A DNA stretch of 63,556 nucleotides, the filler included, from Phoronis australis (Eukaryota; Animalia; Phoronida), in NCBI GenBank assembly GCA_002633005.1. It is 6 parts of 6 records of this genome, joined end to end, with 100 filler letters (N's around TTAATTAATTAA, not from the genome) between each part and the next. Parts side by side here need not be neighbours in the genome. Positions count along the whole stretch, not along the records: positions 34,377 to 56,441 come from NMRA01000061.1; 5 more parts are not named here. One strand, given 5' to 3'. Positions 37,838 to 50,589 of this stretch are shown here, one piece after another. Position 1 is the first letter of the stretch. Each line of letters opens with the position of its first letter. Both the position numbers and the translations under genes were made by a program. The notes under the pieces are model-generated. The model worked only from the letters and a program-made list of their open reading frames with translations, had not been told where the DNA came from and made no database searches.

Positions 37838-38050
37838 TGTAGAATTAAGATAAAGACATATTAATAAATATATTCCAATAATATTCAACTACAAACATAA
37901 CATTCCAAATCAGAGACGTTCTGCTAGAACGCGTCATCATGAACGTGATGTTAAATATCGCGTATGCGACATGTGTAATAGTGCATTTTGTATATTCTCT
38001 TCCGCAAGGAGAAGCAGCTTGAGTCGTTGCATCATTGTTTATAGACAACA
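37838..38050 (-). repeat. 5' LTR of the Gypsy element (~213 bp, TG...CA)
   Basis: Minus strand begins TGTTG and ends CTACA directly before the PBS; no partner LTR in the window, so the 5' boundary is inferred. Confidence 0.65.
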
Positions 38051-39717
38051 GGGCTGGGTTGCATAAAACTTAAGGTAGGTGTATACACTGGTCAAATCTC
38101 CAGGTTCCTAACTAAAATGAGTAAAAAGGGAGTTTTAACTAGTTAGACATCACTATGTAAGTGACAACAATCGAAAAAAAGTTTTTTGTAGTTCGCTTTT
38201 TTAAAAAATCGTATTTTTTAATTTCCAAAAAAATCAATTTTACCTCGATTTTTTTGCAAAATGCACAGGGATTATCATCAACTGTTTCCTTACGCAATAT
38301 TCTACTTATTCATACCAAATATATGTACAAAATCATTATGATCTTGATTTTGTGGCATTTTTTGCGTGTGAGTTGGGGCAAGCACGCCACTTTTTGTCAT
38401 TTGGTCACTTTCCGTCTAATAACTAAAAATCTGGTCCATGTACCAAAAAACCTGGCACGCGATTTTCTTTCAGTCCTAGAGGATTTCAAATTTTCAAATT
38501 TCGTAAAAATTGACCCACGTGTTGCAGAAAAATAGGCCCGAGAATCTTGTCACTATCCTGAAATCACGAGCCGAGAAAAACAGCTTTGAAGTGAGTTAAG
38601 CGGTCATCGATTGCCACTTGAGATCAAAATTTGTTCAGTAATGCGTGGTCATTGTGTTCCAAGTTTTATTGAAGCAATAGAAATAAAGCTGATATTTACT
38701 TCATGTTTAGAAAATGTGACATACCTGTTTGTTTACAGCGTAATTTTAATCTGATTTTTTCGAACTTGTGAAGCACGACAGACGTCCAAAACAAATATGG
38801 CTGTCACGTGGGCTGAGCTTAGCGTTGATCTATTGTCTGCTGTACTGGTGTGCCGACCACACATTAAAACCATGTGTTGATTGTTTATACGATTCATCTG
38901 AACTCTCCACTCAGTGTAGTAAAAGACTCTCTAACTATATGACACATACCTATTTGTTAGTATTCCAATATTATCATCAACCAATATATGTGTTACATGT
39001 ATATCAAATCGCTGCGTTACTGTCTACATGACAATATTGTCGACGAGGATAAAGAACTACTTTCATAGTAATGGTTCAACATTTTTATGTGCCTGTACCG
39101 AATGGTTTTTGGGATAAGAAAATATCACTTTATGCGCAAATAGCGTCGCTTGGGTGAGATTCTCAAGTTACCAAAGTTTCTTATATTGCTTTCCTCTAAA
39201 ATCGTATAATCATGAGTTTTAATTCAGGGATACGTTTGAATCTATGCACTAGAAAATTTTTGTTATGTTGAACACTGGGTTATTTCTCTAATTCTTTGGG
39301 TTACGGCCAGTGGCAAGTTAAAAAGTCCCCTGGGTTTGACAGCCTAGTTTCTCCACGGCGCGTTCCCAGCACAGACCCACGGTTTATCTGCAGACTACTC
39401 TGACGGCATGTAGTTGTATATGTGTTGCACGCGGCTTATCTTCACAGCGCGTACATGCACTCTCATCGAATCGTGCAACACCACCCACGTCGACGCTCAG
39501 CGTCCTCTCGCAAAACACCTCACCTTACCGACTTCTCTTGTACACGCATAATTGACCTATCGCCAGGATTATGACAGAAGGCTTAATTGACCAATCAGAA
39601 CGCAGCATTCTTGACACACCTTCGTCTGCGTTTCCAAGCCGCCATTTTACCCAACAAACCACACGTAGTCGAGTAAAACTTACTTTAGTCTATAGCGCAA
39701 GAAATTGTGCGCGTAGA

Positions 39718-39890
39718 ATAGTGAAACGGTGTTGATATGGGGTGTGTTATCCCGACAGCCGTTATGCTGCTCCAGAATAATATTCCGTCATTTTTGCATG
39801 TCCTAAGCCGAAAAGTGATGTCGAAAGACATAAACTACTGTGGATCAAACTTGGCTGTACGGCCACACGTGCTGAACTTAGCAATGTTAT
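39718..39890 (+). pseudogene. Decayed THAP-type domain (DNA transposon remnant)
   Basis: VKRC*YGVCYPDSRY...*..IFACPKPKSDVERHKLLWIK resembles the C.xG.C..DSRY...FPKPK....WIK THAP variant; contains stops. Confidence 0.55.
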
Positions 39891-41146
39891 TTGATTACTC
39901 AGAGGCTATAATAAACACAAATAAAATTAGTTCCAAGATACGCACTTTTTCAGCTTGGTGCAGGGCTATTTCAGATTTTCACTCCGGAGTTTCCCACGTC
40001 TGGCCGCCTTCGTCTCGGCACCTGCTGGATCTCGATCAGCACTATAGCGATGACATTTTTATTTTATTTATTTTTTCATTTATTTCGGCTTAATGGACAT
40101 CATTTTGTTCCGTATCAGAGGTAAATTTTTGTTATTCACAAACCCGTAAGCTGGCGTTCAACTGAACTTCTCTCCTGGCCAAAATTCAGAGATTCGATCG
40201 GCACTGCGAGGGGCACTGGATTGCTGAACTCAAAGCCTTGTTCGAACTGTTGTCACAAAAAAATAAACAATTGAATTACTTTTTGATGTGGACCTCTAGT
40301 ATACACAATGTCTGTAGAGTTAGAGAGAGCTCATTTCGAAGTTGTTCAAACATGATTATTTAGATTTATGAAGCTTTAAAAAAGAATTTGGGTTATTTTT
40401 GTAAATACCCTATTTTTGCAACTATCTCACCAGACTTGTAATCTGTTGTAACCATACCACAGCTTAGTGATCATGCTATTTTCAAAATTAAAAGTTACCT
40501 TTATGCAATGAAACTACAAAAAATTCATCAGAAGGTAGGCCTACAACAACAAAATACTTATTATTGGAGGTAGAAACAGACCATTACAATTGTGATAATA
40601 GAAGAAACTGATGCATACCTTTAATCACATTTGTTTTTGGCCAAAAATGAGTACGAACTTTAAAATCGGTGCATATGTAAACGACGGCATATTTATGGAC
40701 GTTTCGGTTTATAGTCTCCCAAGAAAAAATTTACAATATTCCAATCAGGTGACACAGGTGTAGAACAGACTGTACAGGTACACAAGAGATAATAAATGGA
40801 AACGTCAATCAATATTTCGCTTACACATGCGCTGATTTTAAAGTTCGTAGGCATACATTTAAACCTGGTATTTAGGTCATGGCAGAAATATAATTTTTCA
40901 CCCCTGTACTTGATTTCATACTCCAATATAAGATAGTACATAGTTTTTTTCAGATTTTCTGATATACAACCGATCTTAACGGTTCTTTTGCTTTTGCCAG
41001 CCAGTCATCAAAACCAAAATACCAATTACAGTCAGTTAAAACTGAATAAATACATGTAGTATTAAAAATTATTCTTTTGTTCAGGCTAAAATGCAAAGAT
41101 CACGACATTAAAACTACACAGTAAATCCGGCTCAAGCACCAACTAT

Positions 41147-41700
41147 TTATTTTATTTATTTATTTATTGTAATATTTGAAATGAGGGTAGCCTATTCAAG
41201 TGAAGCACTGCTTTTCAAGAGGGCCTTCAACAACAGAATGTAATACAATAAAATATAATAGGATAAAATAGTAAAACAGTAATTAGATACAGGTAACAAA
41301 GCAATTAAAATAGGTTGATGATGATGAAACTTTGACCAAGAGGGATGAAATAAAGAGATGATACTAAATAGTGCGAGCATGTACAATAATGAAAAATGAC
41401 ATAATTAAGGAAGGTAAGGTGTTAGAATGGGTAAGTAAATTACAGCCACTTTTCAAAATTAATTTTGTAGTAACTGAATTGAGCCGTTTAATTTCTGGGC
41501 TAAGAGAGTTCCGTATTGCAGCAACAACATAAATAAAGGATCTCTTGTCGGTCTCGGATTTCATTTTTTAAAAGAAACGTTACCAGCAACAGAAGAATGT
41601 GTAAAGTATATAGCTTGACTGCAACTGAATTTGTGGCCCAGATATGTTGAAGCCAAGCCATTGACACATCTGTTACATGAAACCGGCAGAGATAAATTTA
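41147..41700 (-). mobile_element. 3' end of a CR1/L2-like LINE
   Basis: CVNGLASTYL...KSETDKRSFIYVVAAIRNSLSPEIKRLNS...LK is a typical LINE ORF2 C-terminus, followed by a 3'UTR and an (AATA)n tail. Confidence 0.65.
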
Positions 41701-42436
41701 TTTCTTATTATTTTAATACAATGTGAAACATGAGATTGCATCGACTTATATAAATATCAGGATTACTTAATAATCACTGAAACAATGTATACACTAAGCA
41801 TCAGAATGGCATGTCCAGACTGTATAATATGTCTAAATATCAATGAAGTATGTATAATAATATACTTTATAAAACCCCTTATAATATCATACAACACTTG
41901 TTTAAGTTTAGATCAGCTACAAAAGAAACAACAGCAACAAGTCATTGGCCTGGTCCACAACATTAGAAATGAACCCGAAGGTTACACAAAAAAGAAATGA
42001 GCAGAGCATGATGTAGTATAAGTGACTTTGTTATTACGGACACACACGGACGACCATCTTACGATTGTAGATCGACGTAGTTTCAGTGTTCCCAAAAAAC
42101 CTAGTTTATTCTTATTATTCTACACATGATAGAAAAGATAAGCCTGGCAACTGCTTTACTGTTTAAAAGTGCAACTCGAAACCATAATGAATGAATGAAC
42201 AATGGACCCCAAGGACAACAATTCAGCTTAAAATCGAGCTCTCGGCACAAATATCAGTCACCAGGGGGTAGGTAAGGTCATTACATCGCCCTGAATGCTG
42301 AAGAAGTTACGTGAAATTAACGAACAATAAGTCCAAGGGACACGGATCTTACAAATTCCACCTGATATCTCCCATGCTATTTTTGCAATTGTCACTCACC
42401 AGGTCACGCACTTCACTCAGTCTCGTGCTTGTCCCT

Positions 42437-42581
42437 CGCTGGTTCCCTGCGTGCCGCTAGGTGGGGCTGTAGCCGCGCCAGCACGCTCGCTGGTTCCCTG
42501 CGTGCCGCTAGGTGGGGCGGTAGCCGCGCCAGCACGTGCTGGCTGGGCTGAGCACGCAGGGAACCAGCGAGCGCCAGCACG
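42437..42581. repeat. GC-rich unit: two direct ~51-bp copies followed by an inverted partial copy
   Basis: cgctggttccctgcgtgccgctaggtgggg..gtagccgcgccagcacg x2, then cacgcagggaaccagcga (inverted). Confidence 0.8.
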
Positions 42582-43248
42582 CAGGTGTCACTTAATTTTC
42601 CTCGGATATTTTTTTACACCGGCGTTTCTGATTGGCTGGTCGAATTCTCAACAGGCAGCGCTTTACGCAAACAAACTGGCACGACTGATGGACTCGTGTA
42701 AATGTGGTTTGTTGTACAGACAAATCGGTGCTAAAAATTTATGTTCAGTAAATGTGAAGCCTAGAAATTGTCATAACCCTAAATCGTCGTGAGAGACCGT
42801 CCGGAGTTGGTATATGGTGCAACTCAGGACGGTCTGGGGTCAACAGAAAACCACAGTTCAACTGTGAGTCTACACCAATGTGATAAACGAGAGTAGTTTT
42901 ACGTGCTGCGTCAGCTGCAGACGTGCTTATCACTTTTATGACACACAATGTTTGACTGGGCAAAGCATTTTCAAAATAACGTGGATAAATCAGTGGAGTG
43001 TGAGACCCCTGAGGTCCCTGTCAAGTCCCCACGAGAATTCTACGTTATGTGATTGTGACTTCGGAATGCATCTTAATTTCTACTGTCGATGACTTTTGTT
43101 TCCGATAGTGTCCTGTAATCATACAGTATGAATAACACATCGGTTAAATCGGCCAGATATGTGTTTATTGTACATGTATGTGCTTCGAGCACGCGGCTAT
43201 TAAACATCACTGCAGAAAACGAAATAGTTGCTGCGACGCCACCATGCA

Positions 43249-43483
43249 CAGTGGCAGATCTACGATTTCAGTAAGGGGGGGGTTTAGGATTCGAGAGAAT
43301 CCAAGGCGCGTAGCGCCGAGGAGAAGGAAGGTCGCGAGAGGGTTTCCCTCCTCCCGTGTAAGATTTTTTTGGATTTTTAGTAGCTGATTTCGTTTTTCTG
43401 GCGATTTTTTCCAGTTTTTATTTTGGATCCTGTCCCGAGGGGGGGTTTAAACCCCCTGAACCCCCCCTGTAGGTCCGCCTCTG
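43249..43483. mobile_element. 235-bp MITE with CAGTGGC-type TIR and 5-bp TSD ATGCA
   Basis: atgca|cagtggcagatcta...taggtccgcctctg|atgca. Confidence 0.8.
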
Positions 43484-44458
43484 ATGCATGACAAGGCTAA
43501 AAATTGTTCACAGTCCGCCATTTTTTTTCACGGTGTTGTAAAGCTAACCATGACTGCCGAGGTTACATCGACCAATTCTAAAGCGCGTGCCACTGCGTGA
43601 TACCTGCGTGCTGGCTAAGCCAACTAAGCTCGAAGCACTCGTCATTTAAGCGGATCTCGCCTAGCCCCTCGTGTAAAATACATGGGACGAAATTAGTAGG
43701 CCTACAGAAAATGACGACTGTATACCTACGCTTAAAAACAATTAAGTTTTCAATTGCTATTCGTTTTAACAATATATTTTTCCTCATTGTGTAATATGTT
43801 ATATTCTGGAGCTTGCGTTTAATCGAAACAAATTGATTATGGTACATTTTGGCCTTTTGGTTGGAAATTATAAGTTGCCTTATGGAGACTAATCACAACA
43901 TACCTTTTGTAAATTCTTACGCTCTGCTCATACACAAGGCGGAAAATTTTTATATTAATAAAAACTTTATTTTCTGCCCTAGAAAGAAAATTCAAAGTTG
44001 TTAATTGCTTAGTTGTTCGCGAGAAATTTAGTTAAGCAGGCACATTTTCTAAATAAATTTTAGCTTTTTTTACCAACAGTCGACAGGCACGTGGTTTTAT
44101 GGCATAAGGAGGTGTCATTAAAGGATAACGGTACTTGACCAAGCAGCCCAAGCAGCTGGACTGAATTCTATGGGCTATTGAGTTCGCATTAGCTAACTCC
44201 AACCGTCGGAGGCTGGTCGTCCGACGGTCAATTTTAAGCTGGGCAGGGTCCGTCATGTGATCCGTTGTTTCAGTTGTGAAATTGTTTTGAATGCAATGTG
44301 GACGTTGGTTGTGTAGGAAACAAGTACTACATCAATGAAAAGAGAAAACGCCTTCCATACACGGTCATACGTTGACCTTGCAACGATCGAGATTTTAACT
44401 ATATTTCACTATTTCAGAGTGAATGTAACACCAGAAGTAACAAGCGACGACTACAAAA

Positions 44459-45499
44459 ATGAATAGAAGAAAAACTGTAAAGTTTGTGATACCTATCTTA
44501 GTGATTACTGTGATGGTGTACTACAAGCCGAGGCTCATGTTGATGTTACCGTCACTGAGGAGCAGTTCGTCACAGGACAATCAGTTGGCATTTAGTACGT
44601 GTAACACAATTGAACAAGCGACATCACGCGGACAGTGGATGAAAGAGCTTGATATCACAACAGTCTGGAAACCTCTTTTATGTGTTATGCCTAAAACTAA
44701 CACATCTCGAATATTTTATCCGCTGACACGATTGGTGTTAGCTGGTGATTCAAACACCTACAGACTTACCCAACACCTACTTGGAAAGTTTCATTGTGAT
44801 GGTCGAGTGTTAAATTACAATGGTGGACGATGTTCTTTTGGCAAATATCTGCAGATTGAGAACTCCTTGAAATGGCAACCACCCAACGTCGGAAGCGAAG
44901 GACCTCTTGTCTACGGTTTAAAACATGGGGGTTGCACCGACTGCAGTGGTTGCACTGCATCGTGGAGAGAGTGCAGGAATGGTAGAAATATGACTGTAGA
45001 ATACATACCAGTCGAATTTGCCAGGGGCGTTGTAGTACAATCCAAAAAGTATGCCACTACACAGGAGAATGCTGTTGATTATCTTGTCAGAACGGGACCT
45101 CCAACAGCTGTTGTATTTAACAGCGGTGTACACGACCTCTTATATTGTAACGTGAGTGCTTACACAGAAAATCTGCTTAGATATACCAAGATGTTGAAAA
45201 CCAATTTTCCAGACGCTAAAGTTCTCTTCATTAACACCGCCTGTGTGGTCGAGAGTGACGTACCAACTCAATTTTAAAACGTAACAACAAACGACTTCAT
45301 CGCTCAGTATAATGACGCAGCCAAAAAGGTTATGGTGGCTTTAAACGTAGATTATCTTGACAATTTCCAGGTGTGCAATACTTCATTCGTATACCAGAAA
45401 TTGCGTCTCATTGGCGACCCAATCCATCTAGCACCTGGTTACTACAAGAAACTGACAGAGCTGTTGCAGATGCAACTTCAAATGTGGTTCCCTGTTTAA
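44459..45499 (+). pseudogene. Intronless SGNH/GDSL-like PC-esterase (putative Golgi O-acyltransferase/esterase) with a single in-frame TAA at 45275-45277
   Basis: N-terminal basic residues plus a hydrophobic anchor (type II membrane); LAGDSN nucleophile block; VVFNSGVHDL block. The frame stays open 73 codons beyond the TAA and contains YNDAAKKVM and the catalytic DPIH (DxxH). Splice acceptor ~40 nt upstream of the ATG. Confidence 0.8.
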
Positions 45500-46262
45500 T
45501 TTGATATTCTTTTGAATTGTTTGTCAAGCACATCTGAAGTGCCTTTAACTTAGAATTCTACAACTCCAACCAAGTCGATTTCCACTTGAATGGATGGCAA
45601 GGGAGGTAGGAAAACAGGCTCTCCAACGTCTTAATTTAGTTGACATGGGATGTCAATGACACAAAGTAATCTAACTGCTGACTGCAACAGGCAGTTGCTA
45701 CACACTGGGGAACATGGCGTAGTGCTAACTGCATCTTGGAACATACATTGCGTGTGCCTCTTATGGAATTCTCATTTATATTCGAACGAGAATTGGTGAA
45801 TGTGTTTAAGTGGTCATTGTTCGTTTGTTTTGATTTTACATTTGACCATAGATCTATAATTCGACACAAAATTTAAGTGAAGTTCGGAATAACAGGGGAC
45901 TTTTACATGTACTTTCCATTGATTACCGATCGATTATCATCATATTATTGAAATGCAGCTCACATAGACGCTTAAGTTATGTTAGGTAACGTTGTCGTAG
46001 TATTGCCACGCTTGAAGTTTTTCTCTCCCTAATTTTGTGTTTTGTGCACTCGCTGGTTTCTGCACTTTAATTGCTATCAAGCCAGAAAGACTTTGTTTTG
46101 TCGTGGTGGTGTTTGGTAAGTTAAGTCCCGTGCGTGTGCCTACATTCTGTTACTGCAAACTTTCGCTTGTCGCACTGTCATTACTGAAACAGTGGTCAGA
46201 CATTTTTATATTCTTGACCTACATCGAGTGTGAAGCTACTGTTTCGTAATTAATCTCTCACC

Positions 46263-47570
46263 ATGCCGCTCAAACACACTCCAACAGGTAGTAGGCCACA
46301 AACCAGGGGAATCACGTCTTATCTATTTCAAAAGGACCCATTTATCCCTGACATTTCTAACAGGGAGCTATTGAAACGTTTGAATAATAAATTTGAGAAC
46401 TTGAAATCAGAAGTATTTAAAGAACTAGATGCTCTACTACAATACTACTACGTATTACATGTAACTCGAGAGGAAATTCGTCGTCGAAAAGGTGAAAAAT
46501 CTTGAGTCTAAATTAGACGACCTGGAGAATCGATCAAGCGACGCGACAACTCGATCTTTCATCGCATACTGGAGAAGAATCACGAATCTGAGGAACAGTC
46601 CGTGTCCAAAGTTACCGACTTTTTGAAGGACTGCCTGGATTAATGGTGTCATAATCGAACGAGCTCACAGANTTTACGAATTTGTGGCCACCTGTCGAAG
46701 ACTTGCACCAGGGATATTAGCAGTAATAAGGTTTAGCGCGACGACGTATTTTGATAAAAATTTCATCTTTTACCAGTTGTTTACATGCAGACAGCCACGC
46801 ATGCGCAATTCAATCACCACTAGTACAGCAGCGACACCGCGAGGAGAATTCTCCGAATAGCCCCATTGGCCGCAAAACTGCAAACAAACACCGCCCGATC
46901 ATCGCAAATATGAGGTTTAAAGATAAAGACAAGGTTCTACAGAATAAGAAGAACAATATAACTCTGATGTCTTTGTCACTCAAGTCTTCTCCACACCAGT
47001 GAAGAATTAGAAGACGAGGCGGCGTCTGTATGAAATCTCACGTGGTAAGAACTGGAAAAATGCAAAGATTAGGTACGACAAATTAATATACCAAGATCGT
47101 GTTTATGTACACGTACATTCACAGTTTCCCTTTGGTATCTGTTTGGTGTTGTTACCCCCAGAGGGTTCAAGTTACTATGTTGATGGTACAGGTTCACCAG
47201 GGAACAGCGGAATATTATTGTTGATAGAAGGATCACAAACTTGACTGATCGTTTCAGTGATTGTTAGTTGGCTATTGTGGGCGATCTCAATGTCACAACA
47301 GAGAATCTGGTAGACTTCATTTTAGATGATAGTCCAAAATATTTGCCTTGCCAGGACTGGTATGAAGCGGATACATTTAGTTTGCCTAGGAATTCTAAGG
47401 ACGAAGTTGTAAACAATTTCGGTAAAACTCTCATTGAGTTACATGTATGTCACGAACTTTAAAATGCATATTGTCAACCGTCGTTTCCCCGGTGACACTA
47501 GAGGTGAGTTTACCTGTCTGTCGGGAGAGGCGGACGTAGTCTTGTGGACTATGCAATATTATCTACATTG
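46263..47570 (+). mobile_element. Degenerate non-LTR retrotransposon (LINE): ORF1 and APE endonuclease fragments
   Basis: ORF1-like LESKLDDLENRS.RDN.IF...IERAHR...RPIIA; endonuclease-like PPEGS.YY, IVGDLN, RNSKDEVVNNFGKTLIEL, GEFTC, SLVDYAI; frameshifts and stops. Confidence 0.8.
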
Positions 47571-50354
47571 AACTAGACCGTATTTATCCACCTTGGCTGA
47601 GTCGCGCTCGGCTCACGATCAAAGGGATGCCGCTGTCACGTAAATTTTTTCCCCGTGAAATTTCTTCCCACTCCGACACTGTTGCGCGTGCGCGGTGTTG
47701 AGGGGAAGTTATTTTATGTCTAAGGCATAAAATAACTTCCCCCGTGAAATTTCTTCCCTACGAAGACAGCAAAGCACAGCTGTAAAATAAGCCTAAAAAT
47801 AGAAGTTCACTACGTGTGTGATAATTTAACCATTTTGGTCAACTGTCATTGTTATGTTAGACATTGATAAATGAATTGTAATTAGATTTACTTCATATAC
47901 ATGTATGGAGTCGCCGGTCAGTCAAAGGCTTGCGCACATATGGCCTATACTTTGCGAGTTGTGATCATGTTTTTGTTTGTTTTATTGTACTCTGTAAATT
48001 GCATTATGAGCTAATATTACTTATGTTAATAAACCTGACACTCTCTGTGTCGCTCTTTCTCTCTCTCTTTCTCTCTACTTGGGAGGAGGAATCCCGTACC
48101 TAGGTAGGATCGTGCCCGGGGTTTTCCTGCATTCGGACCGGGGAGACCTCTGTTTAAAGCAAATTAGTAAAAATCTCTTTCAAAAAAGTGGCATACTGTA
48201 GACTATATACTTATAGTTGATTCATAAGATTAGGCCCGTCGCTGTGAAGACGCTCTTCGTCGCCGGACTCCGATCCAAGTGTTTTTTTGCTTGTACTGAA
48301 TTTCCTTCAAGAATATGTCAAAAATACTCGTATGGGTAAAAACACTCGGTTGGGTATATTCCCAGCAAGGCAATAACGTTTGTTGTAGTACGTAATAAGT
48401 TAAAATAATCGACGCACACCTGTTCTGACCGAAGGCGATGATCCCGAAGAATGAGGTGTCCTGTGTGAAATACCGTTCCTACATCATCAGGCGCAGCTTT
48501 CAGAAAAGTCTTACAAAAATGCCATGGTGTTGTTCTACACTAAAAGAAAACACAGAAATTTTGTCCAGAAAATTCAGTTCATAAGATTCGGAAAAAAGAA
48601 TGTTCAAAATCGGGGTAGCAAAGCTCCAGTACAGCGAAATAATTAGAGAGAATCAGGAAAAGTATTAAAAACTCTAGGAACATTTTACAAAATCACACGC
48701 CGTGGGAAAATGGCCCATCACAGCTACAATTGGTAAACATTGTAGTAACATATTTACACTTTCTTGCTAAGGAAAATGAATTCGCCAAGGACAACATTTC
48801 ATATTAAAAATCTTTGAAAGCGCCCTGAGCGCGTTGAGAGTTCCGAAAATGAAGTCTGAGATCAATCCTTGATAAACAAGACTATTTTTAAAGTCTGTTA
48901 TATTCCATAGTGTTGTATATCAAGGAACTTGCAAATATATATGTAGTAGGAATTACTTTATGCGGGAACAAGACAAACGAGTATCCTGCGTGAATTGAAA
49001 TATGGTGCTTATCAAACCATATAACAAACAGTTATCAATTCGTAGGCCTATCAAAAATGTCTTGACAATTCGCAAACACTAAAAATGTCGGAAAAAATTA
49101 TTTCTTGACCAAAGAATTTGAAAGCCTTGGTATCTTTAGCAAAACTTCAGAATTTGGTACCCTATTTTTAATTGAACGTTTTTGCAAAATCGCTTATAAC
49201 GTCAAACTGAAAGACTGGAACAACGAAGGCATAGGGACCTACTCTTTATGTATATACGGGTGTGTGTGAGAGTGTATATTTAAACAATGCACTATTACAG
49301 ACCCCTAAATTAGTGATATTCCATCGATTTTGGCTTAATATTTAATGTTTTCCACTTATTTTCGGGTTACCAATCCAGTTTAAACATGTCCTTCAAGGAA
49401 TTATCTCAGTGCATTGTAAAGATAACTAATTTTTCTATAGCTCAGAATTCTTTGTAGGCCCATAAACGAAATGGACCTTACCTAGAAATGTTGTGAAGTT
49501 GAAGAATTACTACCCCCTCATTTTTTGTGTGGAGGTTAACTTTATTCGCCAAAGAATCCCAATCAAAAGTTTTTATGACCTATAAGTTTACTGGTTAGCA
49601 GTGAAACATGCTGAGACAAGTTTTCATTTATTGAGAAGTCAGTAAATATTTTACAAGAAAACAGGTGTTCTATAACTTGATAAAATATGAAACCCAAAAA
49701 CCTAGCATAAATGGAGCCACAGCTAGAATTCGTAAACATTTTTGTACAAACTTAGACCAAAATCGCTTTCAAAATCTTCAATTTTTAGAGCTCATCTACA
49801 GTACATATTCATCATGTCTAATGAAAGTCTTGAAGACAAAAACACCTGCTCTTTAACTTGGTTAACTGTTAGAAGCAAAAAGCTAACATAACTAGGGCCA
49901 TTAATGAAATTCGCACAAATTTTACTACATATTCAAACCAAAATCGCTTTCAAAATTTACAATTTTTGCAGCACATCTGCAAACGTTGGTACATTACATA
50001 TTCATCATGTCTAGTGANCCTGTTAAATTGTGATCCAGGGGATGTGGCTGACTGCTGAAACGAAAGTACTACCTCTACCACTACACCTGTACACCCCATG
50101 TATAATATATAATCAGCTATTGATACAAGACAAATGCAGCATGACCAAAGCATTCGCCCAGACAAAAATCATATAAATTGACCAAATTAAAGTGTATAAT
50201 TGTCTATATCCTGACAATATATGTAATTGAGAGTGTTCACAGTGTCCAAAATGAATTAGGCATACCCAAAACTATAACATTTGACCCCAAGATCGCTAAA
50301 ATCGGTTGGGTAGATACTGATTTACAAGGAAAATCATTATCACGAACACTGGAC

Positions 50355-50410
50355 GGCGGCCATCTTGAAAAATGGCCGCCATCTTGAAAAATGGCCGCCA
50401 TCTTGGATTT
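50355..50410. repeat. GGCGGCCATCTTG / AAAATGGCCGCC inverted and tandem motif cluster
   Basis: ggcggccatcttgaaaaatggccgccatcttgaaaaatggccgccatcttgg; probably part of a non-autonomous element. Confidence 0.6.
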
Positions 50411-50589
50411 TCAGGTGGCTAGTCGGACAGATTTCTTAAGTATGCTATTATGAGTCATCATGGAAAATTTGGTGCTTGTATCATCATTTGCACAATTCTG
50501 GTGCATATTTGCACTTATCTGCCCAGCTAAACCCCAAGTACATCATTTAGCGATTCCAATCGGCCAATTTCACGTCACAGTACTGGTTT

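Larger units (their letters stand above)
35945..38050 (-). mobile_element. 3'-truncated, degenerate Ty3/Gypsy (Mag-like) LTR retrotransposon: 5'LTR, PBS, gag, protease, partial RT
   Basis: gag RQADETVDQFYDRIRKLLQQCE and zinc knuckles CSKCGYMHPPKRCPAFGKKCNRCKQTNHFERCC; protease IDTGAQVN (frameshifted); RT start PPVV..RRVP...GII...SLVCTPKPNGQLRVCLDPKPLNRA...YFSALD..GYW; many frameshifts. Confidence 0.9.

Noticed and set aside
49755-50017. ~70-bp direct duplication near a single N
   Set aside because: Diverged short duplicate next to a contig join with no structure suggesting function; probably repeat-internal or assembly-related.
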